Assembly (NCBI GenBank): GCA_018263395.1
Contig: JAANXF010000015.1
Span: forward strand, 10,537 to 74,536
Length of the DNA stretch: 64,000 nucleotides
Direction of reading: 5' to 3'
Origin: Methanonatronarchaeales archaeon
GTDB taxonomy: Archaea > Halobacteriota > Methanonatronarchaeia > JAANXF01
Shown: positions 18,599 to 26,900 of the stretch, piece after piece
Layout: every line of letters begins with the position of its first letter
Numbering within the stretch: position 1 is the stretch's first letter
The notes under the pieces: model-generated
The model's database searches: none
What the model was told of the DNA's origin: nothing
The model's input: only the letters and a program-made list of their open reading frames with translations
Program-made: the position numbers and the translations under genes

Positions 18599-18630
18599 TT
18601 TATATATTCATCGATTTATATATTCATCGA
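18599..18630 (+). repeat. perfect tandem duplication (2 x 16 bp) TTTATATATTCATCGA; TATA-box duplication and/or AT-rich unwinding element
   Basis: Copies lie at 18599-18614 and 18615-18630. This is probably the most AT-rich about 50 bp of the window, 34 bp upstream of the UPF0147 ATG and about 110 bp from the inverted ORB. Confidence 0.8.
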
Positions 18631-18663
18631 ACCAATTTAGGGACCCTCTTCGGGGGAGCGAAA

Positions 18664-18927
18664 ATGACTCAAGGCGAAGACATCGAGGACAGTCTGGAGA
18701 TGCTCGAAGGGATAAGGTCAGACGAATCCATCCCGCGAAACATCAGAAAGGCGGCCGAGGAGGCGAGTGGTGCGCTCAGGGACGAGTCGCTGGACAAGGT
18801 CGTGAAGGTGTCGAGGGCGCTCAACTCCCTCGAAAGCGTCATAGAGGAACCCAACGTTCCCGTACACGCCAGGACGCAGATATGGAGCGTGGCCTCGCGG
18901 CTCGAGGCCGCGACGAACACCGGTTAG
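18664..18927 (+). CDS. UPF0147-family small conserved archaeal protein
   Basis: 87 aa with DESIPRNIRKAAEEA ... EEPNVPVHARTQIWSVASRLE, the UPF0147 pattern. Confidence 0.75.
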   Translation: MTQGEDIEDSLEMLEGIRSDESIPRNIRKAAEEASGALRDESLDKVVKVSRALNSLESVIEEPNVPVHARTQIWSVASRLEAATNTG

Positions 18928-19209
18928 GGCGGGGAGACGGAAAAACCCTTGCTATTTGCTATTGACTCTCCGGCAGTTCTTCCGTGGTAACGGTAACTCT
19001 CCTTCGGCGACTCTCCCGTCGATCCCGGTGTCGAGGCCCCGGGTACGCAGCTCAGTTTCCCGGGTGCGTTAATCCGGTGCGCGGAGCGCGAAGCGGGGTA
19101 AAACGCGGAGACGGTTACGCGTAGAGACGGGGCGTCGCGTCGAGGTGCAGGCAAAGTACTTTCCCGGGTGGAGTAAATGTGTGACAGATGAGGCGCGACG
19201 GGCGGGTCG

Positions 19210-20460
19210 GTGGAGGTTTTTTCAGCTATGGTTCCCGGTAGGTTCTCGCTTCCGGAAGAGAACAGGGACAGGGTCGTCGCGACGTACGCCATCGAGACTG
19301 CCCTCTCCCTGGAGGAGGTCTCCGACGGGTTGTGCGCGGAGCAGTCCACCGGTACCTGGGAGAGCGTTGAAAGGGAGACCGAGGACCTCGTCAGCAGGTG
19401 CGGGGCGAGGGCAGTTGGTTCATGGAGAAGAGGGGACCACGTAGTTCTCAGGATTGCCTTCCCGACGGGGAACTTCGGTTGCAGTATCCCTATGCTGCTC
19501 AGCACCGTCGCCGGGAACCTCTACGAGATGGGGAGCTTTCGAAGGACGAGGCTGCTCGACCTCGAGTTCCCGGACGCCTTTGTAGAGGGGTTCGAGGGAC
19601 CGTCCTTCGGTATAGACGGCTGTCGCGAACTGCTTGGGGTAACCGACAGGCCCCTCCTCGGGACCATAATAAAGCCCAACGTCGGGCTGTCCCCCGAGGA
19701 GTTCGGCGAGGCCTGCTACGAGTCCGCCAGGGGCGGCGTCGACTTCGTCAAGGACGACGAGCTGGTCGCGGACCCGGGGTACTCGCCGATCAGCGACAGG
19801 GTCACCGAGGCCATGGACGGTCTCGACAGGGTCGAGGAAGAAACCGGTGAAAGAAAGATGTTTGCGGCGAACGTGACCGACGAGGTCGACGGGATTGTAG
19901 ATAACGCAGAGGAGGCCCGTGACGCTGGTGCCAACTGTCTCATGCTGAACTTCGTAACCGCGGGTCTGTCCGCCCTGAGGGTGCTCACGTCGGAGATGGA
20001 CCTCCCGGTTCACTGCCACCGCGACATGTTCGCTGCGTTCACGAGGGTGCCTGACCACGGCGTCTCCCCGGCACTGCTGAACAAGCTCGTGAGGCTGTGC
20101 GGCGGCGACCAGGCCCACGTAGGCTCGATCGACGGAAAACTGTACGAGTCGAACGACGAGGTCGTCGCGAACGCTGCACCCCTGAGGGAGAGGTGGCTCC
20201 TGAAATCCACGCTCCCGGTCTCTTCCGGGGGACTTCACGCCGGGAAGGTAGCGGCCAACCTGGACCGGCTGGGCGAGGACGTACTGATACTCGCGGGCGG
20301 GGGAATCCACGGTCACCCGGGAGGTACGACGGCGGGTGCGAGGAGCATGCGTCAGGCCATGGAGGTGGCCGCAGGGGACAGGGAGCTCGGGGAGTCTCCG
20401 GAGATGAAGGCGGCTCTGGAAAAGTGGTCACCCGTGAAGGCGGGGGAGGACGGGAACTAG
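19210..20460 (+). CDS. rbcL: RuBisCO large-subunit family protein (form III-like)
   Basis: 416 aa with AEQSTGTW, GTIIKPNVGL, GGVDFVKDDE, HCHRDM, AHVGSIDGKL, PVSSGGLH and LAGGGIHGHP. The start may be the ATG at 19228. Confidence 0.8.
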   Translation: MEVFSAMVPGRFSLPEENRDRVVATYAIETALSLEEVSDGLCAEQSTGTWESVERETEDLVSRCGARAVGSWRRGDHVVLRIAFPTGNFGCSIPMLLSTVAGNLYEMGSFRRTRLLDLEFPDAFVEGFEGPSFGIDGCRELLGVTDRPLLGTIIKPNVGLSPEEFGEACYESARGGVDFVKDDELVADPGYSPISDRVTEAMDGLDRVEEETGERKMFAANVTDEVDGIVDNAEEARDAGANCLMLNFVTAGLSALRVLTSEMDLPVHCHRDMFAAFTRVPDHGVSPALLNKLVRLCGGDQAHVGSIDGKLYESNDEVVANAAPLRERWLLKSTLPVSSGGLHAGKVAANLDRLGEDVLILAGGGIHGHPGGTTAGARSMRQAMEVAAGDRELGESPEMKAALEKWSPVKAGEDGN

Positions 20461-20507
20461 CCCTTGCGTCGATACACGTGTCCACGGAGAGACGGCACCG
20501 TCCCCCC

Positions 20508-20536
20508 CTCTCCAGTGGAAACAGAGGGGTGGGGGG
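20508..20536 (+). promoter_or_regulatory. origin recognition box ORB1 with G-string
   Basis: CTCTCCAGTGGAAACAGAGGGGTGGGGGG resembles the euryarchaeal ORB core TCCAGTGGAAAC followed by a G-run. A degenerate inverted copy (revcomp CTCTCCGTGGACAC) lies at 20478-20491. Confidence 0.6.
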
Positions 20537-20569
20537 ACGGGGGGCAGAGGGGAGAGAACCTCCCCTGCC

Positions 20570-20592
20570 GTTCCAGTGGAAATGAAGGGGGG
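20570..20592 (+). promoter_or_regulatory. origin recognition box ORB2 with G-string
   Basis: GTTCCAGTGGAAATGAAGGGGGG, same orientation as ORB1. It is followed by the AT-rich block GTATTTTTAAGC...GAAATTTTGG and the cdc6 ATG at 20638. Confidence 0.6.
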
Positions 20593-20637
20593 CATTCCCA
20601 ACGTATTTTTAAGCACCGTCCGAAATTTTGGTCGTAG

Positions 20638-21864
20638 ATGTCCTCCAACAAACTGTTCGACGAATTTCTGGACGCAAAACCCATTTTCGAGAACAAGGAG
20701 GTCCTTCGTCCCTCGTACACCCCCGAGTACCTGCCGCACAGGGACGAGCAGGTTAGCAGGCTCGCCTCGATCCTCGTGGCGGCGCTTCGCGGAGAGTCCC
20801 CGTCAAACATACTGATATACGGAAAGACCGGCACCGGAAAGACCGCCGCGGCGAAGTACGTTGGAAAGGAGCTGGAGGCGAAGGGGGAGGAGGTGGAAAG
20901 GGCCTGCTCCGTCATATACATCAACTGCGAGGTGGTCGATACCCAGTATCGCATTTTGGCCCAGATAGCACAGCACTTCGATCAGGACGTACCGATGACG
21001 GGTTGGCCCACGGACAGGGTATACGAAAAGTTCGTCGAGGCCGTGGACAGGAGGCACCAGGTCGTCACGATCATGCTCGACGAAATCGACCAGATGATAG
21101 AGAAGAGCGGCGACGACATCCTATACAACCTGTCCAGGGTTAACGGGGAGCTGAGGCGCGCCAAGGTATCGATAATCGGGATAAGCAACGACCTCCGCTT
21201 CACCGAGACACTCGACCCCCGGGTAAAATCCTCTCTGGGAGAGGAGGAGATAATTTTCCCGCCCTACGACGCCTCCCAGCTCAGGGACATACTCGAGCAG
21301 AGGGCCGGTAAGGCGTTCTTCGACAACTCCCTCGCGGAGGGAACCATCCCGCTGTGCGCAGCGAAGGCCGCCAAGGAGCACGGCGACGCCCGCCGCGCAC
21401 TGGACCTCCTGAGGGTCGCCGGGGAGCTGGCCGAGCAGGGTGACAGAGCCGCAGTCGTCGATGAGAAGCACGTCGAGAGGGCGCAGAACAAGATAGAGAT
21501 GAACTGCGTCGTGGAGGCGGTTAAAAAGCTGCCCTGTCAGACACAGGCCGTACTCTTCGCCACGATTCTGCTGGACGAGTCCAGGGGCCGGAAGCTTACG
21601 ACCGGCGAGGTCTACGAGACGTACAGGCGGGTGTGTCAGCACATAGATATGGACGTTCTGACCCAGAGGCGGGTCACTGACCTGATAAGTGAACTCGACA
21701 TGCTCGGAATCCTGAACGTAAGGGTGGTTTCGAAGGGACGTTACGGCAGAACCAAGGAAATCTCGCTCTCGGTCCCGAGGGACGAAATAAAGAGCGTCCT
21801 CCTCGACGTCTATCGCCTGGAGCCGCTGAGGCGCTTCTCCCTGCCCAAGCAGTCCAGGTTCTAG
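20638..21864 (+). CDS. cdc6: Orc1/Cdc6 replication initiator
   Basis: 408 aa with Walker A GKTGTGKT, Walker B MLDEID and a C-terminal winged helix. Confidence 0.9.
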   Translation: MSSNKLFDEFLDAKPIFENKEVLRPSYTPEYLPHRDEQVSRLASILVAALRGESPSNILIYGKTGTGKTAAAKYVGKELEAKGEEVERACSVIYINCEVVDTQYRILAQIAQHFDQDVPMTGWPTDRVYEKFVEAVDRRHQVVTIMLDEIDQMIEKSGDDILYNLSRVNGELRRAKVSIIGISNDLRFTETLDPRVKSSLGEEEIIFPPYDASQLRDILEQRAGKAFFDNSLAEGTIPLCAAKAAKEHGDARRALDLLRVAGELAEQGDRAAVVDEKHVERAQNKIEMNCVVEAVKKLPCQTQAVLFATILLDESRGRKLTTGEVYETYRRVCQHIDMDVLTQRRVTDLISELDMLGILNVRVVSKGRYGRTKEISLSVPRDEIKSVLLDVYRLEPLRRFSLPKQSRF

Positions 21865-22388
21865 AAATGAAACAGCTCCCCGAAGGCGAGCCTGACGTAG
21901 CCGAGGAGCGGAACCCTGAAAAATGCCCTTCCACGTATCCACTCGGGCCTGATCGGAGCCGGGGCTATTCCCAGGTACTGGTCGTTGATCTCGTTGGCGT
22001 CCCCCTTCGTAACGTATCCCGGGGAGGTCGCCACTTCATCTCCGCCTGTGCCCCCCCCCACGTCCGTCCAGTACATCGCGCGGTGAATTATCGGTGTGGG
22101 CCTGCCGTCTCCGGGAACGTTGTAAACGACCACGTCCCCTGCCATGCCGAAGTGTTCATCTCCGCCCTCTCGGAAGGTATCGACGGCGTCCCGCCCACCC
22201 CCGTCAACGGCCTTCACGAGCACGATGTCTCCCCTGTAAAGGTTGGGTTCCATGGAGCCGCTCTCCACGACCACCAGCGGGGGCCACACTCCGGTGTAGG
22301 CGAAGAGGGTTCCGGAGACCACGGCCACTATGAGCAGGGACTTCGCGATGTCCCTGACGAGAGACGTCAACCACCTCGCTCCTACCAT
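21861..22388 (-). CDS. signal peptidase I (archaeal S26B type)
   Basis: 175 aa with an N-terminal TM, then VESGSMEPNLYRGDIVLV (catalytic Ser). Confidence 0.8.
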   Translation of the reverse strand: MVGARWLTSLVRDIAKSLLIVAVVSGTLFAYTGVWPPLVVVESGSMEPNLYRGDIVLVKAVDGGGRDAVDTFREGGDEHFGMAGDVVVYNVPGDGRPTPIIHRAMYWTDVGGGTGGDEVATSPGYVTKGDANEINDQYLGIAPAPIRPEWIRGRAFFRVPLLGYVRLAFGELFHF

Positions 22389-22483
22389 TCGGCTACCCTT
22401 CGTCGTGAGCCCGTAATAGTTTTACAGAACTCTGAAAACGGCTCATTAGTGGCCGGCGACAGAAAGAGGTTGGTGGCGGCGCA

Positions 22484-23959
22484 TTGAAGGAGTTCCTCGA
22501 GAAGTGCGCGGAGCGCCGGCTGCTGCTGCACCCGGAGACGGTGTCCATGCTGGGGGCCGACGGGGGACTCGTGTCCAGGGTCCTCGACCTCCCGGAGGGG
22601 ACGGTCGTGACGCCGGATAAGCTGCTGGAGACGGGCCCAGCGCGGAGAGAGGTCTCCGGGGGCAACGGCGCAGCAGAGGGGGGAGGACCGGCACGCACCG
22701 GGGGGGAAGCCGCCTCTCACGGGAACGCGTCCCGGGAACCGTCTCTCGAGGTCCTCGTGGACGCCACGGGGGAATCCGAGGGCAGCGGAGAGCTGCGGGA
22801 CCTGAACGCCCTTTTCAGGGACAGGCTCGAGCGGCTGGGCGGCATCCTGAAGAGGAGGAGGGGAATAAACCCCCGCAAAGTGGGGACGATACCGAGGAAG
22901 ATGGAACGGCAGGTGGCGACTGTCGGCATGGTTTCGTCGGTCTCGGAGACCAACAACGGCAACCTGCTGCTCCGTATCGAGGACGAGACGGGAGAGATGC
23001 CGGCGATAGTGCTGTTGAGGGACACCGGACTCACCGAGGAGGCGGGGGCCCTCCTCGTGGACGAGGTCGTGGGAGTCGCCGGACACACGAGAAAGGATTC
23101 CGACCTCCTTCTGGTCGAGGAGATTATGCGGCCCGACGTTCCCAGCGTGGAACCTGGCAGGGGAGGGAACTACTACGCGGCATTCATATCGGACCTGCAC
23201 GTCGGCAGTACGACTTTCCTGGGAGAGGAGCTGGAGCGATTCTTCTCCTGGCTGAGGGGGGACGTGGGGAACGAGGAGCAGCGCGACATCGCGGCCAAGA
23301 CGAGGTTCCTCGTGATTGCCGGGGACGTCGTCGACGGCGTGGGTGTATACCCCGGGCAGGAGAGCCACCTGTCGGTGACCGACCTGGTGGAGCAGTACGA
23401 GGAGGCAGCGAACCTGCTGGACACGCTTCCGGACCACGTCGAGATAATAGTCGCTCCCGGGAACCACGACGCGGTTAGACAGGCCGAGCCACAGCCCGCC
23501 GTTTCGGACGAGTTTGCCGAGGCCCTCGACATGAAGAGCCTCACCCTGGTCTCCAGTCCCTCCACGGTCTCGCTGGACGGGGTAAAGGTCCTGGTTTACC
23601 ACGGCAGGTCTCTAGACGACGTCGTCAACTGCGTCCCCTCCGCGACCTACGAGGAGCCGACGGCCGCGATGAAGGAGCTGATGCGCAGGCGGCACCTCGC
23701 CCCGGTGTACGGCTCCAGAACCCCGATTTCGCCTGAGAAGAGTGACTTCATGCTCGTCGACGACGTCCCGGACGTGCTGCACTGCGGACACGTGCACACG
23801 TTCGGGATGGACAGCTACCGCGGCGTCACCCTGATAAACAGCGGTACCTGGCAGTCCCAGACCGACTTCCAGAAGAGGATGGGAATCGAGCCGGACCCCG
23901 GGATAGTTCCCCTGATGAACCTCTCCTCCGGGGAGAGGATGAAGCTGCGCTTCGCATGA
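22484..23959 (+). CDS. polB: DNA polymerase II (PolD) small subunit DP1
   Basis: 491 aa, TTG start. Calcineurin-like phosphoesterase motifs ISDLHVGS, AGDVVDG, GNHD, GHVH. 4-nt overlap with DP2. Confidence 0.9.
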   Translation: MKEFLEKCAERRLLLHPETVSMLGADGGLVSRVLDLPEGTVVTPDKLLETGPARREVSGGNGAAEGGGPARTGGEAASHGNASREPSLEVLVDATGESEGSGELRDLNALFRDRLERLGGILKRRRGINPRKVGTIPRKMERQVATVGMVSSVSETNNGNLLLRIEDETGEMPAIVLLRDTGLTEEAGALLVDEVVGVAGHTRKDSDLLLVEEIMRPDVPSVEPGRGGNYYAAFISDLHVGSTTFLGEELERFFSWLRGDVGNEEQRDIAAKTRFLVIAGDVVDGVGVYPGQESHLSVTDLVEQYEEAANLLDTLPDHVEIIVAPGNHDAVRQAEPQPAVSDEFAEALDMKSLTLVSSPSTVSLDGVKVLVYHGRSLDDVVNCVPSATYEEPTAAMKELMRRRHLAPVYGSRTPISPEKSDFMLVDDVPDVLHCGHVHTFGMDSYRGVTLINSGTWQSQTDFQKRMGIEPDPGIVPLMNLSSGERMKLRFA

Positions 23960-26900
23960 ACACGAGCGGACGGATGGAGAGATACCTGGACTCGCTCGAC
24001 GAGGAGCGCAGGCGGGCACTGGAGGTCGCAGGGAGGTGCCGCCGGGTGGGTGAGGACCCCTCCACTGACGTGGAGATCCCGAGCGCGGAGGACCTCGCCG
24101 ACAGGGTTGAGAGCCTGATGGGCCTCGACGGGCTTGCCGGAGCGGTCAGGCGGTACACCGAGGAGGGGCTTGAAAGGGGGGAGGTCGCCTTCAGGGTTTC
24201 TGAGGACATAGCGAGGATGGAGCTGGGCGAACTGAAGGACCTGGACGCGGTCGAGATGGCGGTCAGGACCGCCGTGGCGATACTGACGGAGGGCGTGGTC
24301 GCCGCCCCCATCGAGGGGATGGACAGGGTCGACGTGGTGGATGGCGGCGGGGTACAGCTCTTCTTCTCGGGCCCTATACGGAGCGCCGGGGGAACGGCCC
24401 AGGCCGCCGCCGTCCTCGTCGCCGATTACGTGAGGCAGCTTCTGGGCATGGATCCCTACATGGCAACGGAGAGGGAGGTGGAGAGGGCGAAGGAGGAAAT
24501 CCCTCTCTACAAGAGGGTGGTGAACCTCCAGTACGAGCCCTCGGTCGGGGAGATCGAGATTATAGTGAATAAATGTCCCGTCATGGTCACGGGCGAACCC
24601 ACGGAGGAGGTCGAGGTCTCGGGCCAGAGGAACCTGCCCCGCATACCCACGAACCGTCTCAGGGGCGGCTTCGCCCTCGTGGTGGCGGAGGGAATTGCAC
24701 TGAAGGCACCGAAGCTGAAGAAGTTCGTGGAGAAGCTCGAAATAGCGGGCTGGGAGTGGCTCGACGACCTGTTGAAAAAGAGGTCCTCGGAGGGGCCCCA
24801 CGAGGGTGAGAAGGGGGAGGAAAAGTTCCTCAAGAACCTCATCGCGGGGCGGCCCGTCTTCTCCCACCCCTCCAGGCCGGGTGGGTTTCGCGTCAGGTAC
24901 GGCCGAAGCCGAAACACCGGACTGGCCACGTCCGGCCTCAGCCCGGTTACCATGCGCGCGGTGGACGACTTTCTCGCGACGGGCACGCAGATGAAGACAC
25001 AGCTACCCGGGAAGGCCGCCGGCGTCGCCCCCGTCGACGGTCTCGAGGGCCCGACAGTCCGGCTCGGGGACGGAACGGTTCTGAGAATCGACAGCGAGGA
25101 GGACTACGGGCCCTTCGAGGGAAGGATAGAGAGGATACTGGACTTGGGAGAAATCCTGATAGGTTACGGCGAGTTTCTCGAGAACAACCACCACCTCGCA
25201 CCCGGCGGATACACCGAGGAGCGATGGCGCCTAGAGGCCGAGGGAGAACCGCCGCGCAGCGGAGGAGGGGCGGTCGCCAGGGCGCGTGACGGCGAGCCGC
25301 TGCACCCGACGTACACTTACCTCTGGCACGACGTCTCCGCGGAGGACGTCCTCGCGCTGCGCGACGGCCTGCGCGACGGCCTCACCCTGGAGCACAAGCC
25401 GGTGCTGGAGACCCTCCTCGTCCCTCACGCCCTCGACGGGGAAGAGATCGTCCTGGACGAGGAGCACGAAACGGTCCTCGAGGCCTGCCTGCCACCGGAC
25501 GCGGTCCCGGTCGAGAACGCGGAGGACGGCCTCGAACTCGTCAGGCGACTCTCGGGCCTGGACGTGAGGCCCCGGGCCCCCACGAGGGTCGGCGCTCGAA
25601 TGGGCCGCCCCGAGAAGGCGAGAGAGAGGGAGATGTCGCCCCCGGTACACTGCCTCTTTCCACTCGGGGAGGCCGGTGGTTCCACCCGGAACGTGGCCAA
25701 AGCGGTCGAGTCGACGTCCAGGGACTCCGAGAAGGGCTTCAGGAAGGAGAGGGTCGGAACCCGCGGACTCGTCGAGGTGGACGTCCCCGTTCAGACCTGC
25801 GACTGCGGCTGCGAGACGTACAGAACCAGGTGCCCCGGTTGCGGGGACCGGCTGGAGAGAAACGAGCCCGAACGCAGCCGGCTGAACCTCGCAGAGGAGT
25901 ACGCGGAGGCACTCGACCGGCTGGGGGAGCGACCCCTCGACCTCGTAAAGGGAGTGAAGGGCCTGACCAGCGAGGGAAAGGTTCCGGAGCCCCTGGAGAA
26001 GGGGATTCTGCGCGCCATTCACGGCGTATCCGTGTTCAAGGACGGCACGATACGGTACGACCTGACGGATATGCCGCTCACCCACTTCCGCCCGTCGGAG
26101 ATAGGGACGTCGATCGAGAGGCTCAGGCGGATGGGTTACGGGAGTGCCGACGACGGGGAGCCCCTCACCGACCCCGACCAGGTCGTGGAGCTGTACCCCC
26201 AGGACGTAGTGGTCAGCAGGGGGTGCGGGGAGCACCTCGTCAGGGCGGCGAACTTCGTCGACGACCTGCTGGACAGGGTCTACGGGGAGGAACCGTTCTA
26301 CTCCGCCGAGGAGCCGGGGGACCTCGTCGGGGAGCTGCTCATAGGCCTCGCCCCGCACACCTCGGCGGGCGTCCTCTGCCGCCTGATCGGGTTCACCGAC
26401 GCCTCCGCGGGATACGGACACCCCCTGTTCCACGCCGCCAAGCGACGCAACTGCTTCCACCCGGACGAGAAGATATGGATAAGGGACGGCGATGCGGGAT
26501 GGACACATCGCCGAATCCAGGACGTGGTGGAGGAGCGGCTCGACGACCCCGAGACAGACGATTTCGGGACGCTGCTGCAGCACCTGAACACCGGTGAACA
26601 GGTACCGTCCGTAAGCGAAGGAGGAGAACCGGTTATAAGAAAAGTCGAGGCGGTGTCCAAGCACAAGGCACCGGACCTCCTCTTCAGAATAGAAACCAAG
26701 AGCGGACGCATCCTTAAGGTGACTCCAGACCACACTGTGCTCCGCTCTGGCCGCTCTGGTAACGGCCTAGAACGTGTACCTGCGTCGGATCTTGTCGAGG
26801 GAGACCTCGTGCCGGCCCCGAAGAAACTGTCGCTCGAAGGCCACCGCACCCGTCTCGACCTTCTCGAGGAATTCGTCGCCCTCGACGCCATTCCCAATGA

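Noticed and set aside
25231-26733. 500-aa minus-strand ORF inside polC (also 23815-24867 and 22382-23602 opposite polC/polB)
   Set aside because: These are antisense shadows of PolD genes, with Arg/Gly/Pro/Val-rich composition and no recognisable domains.
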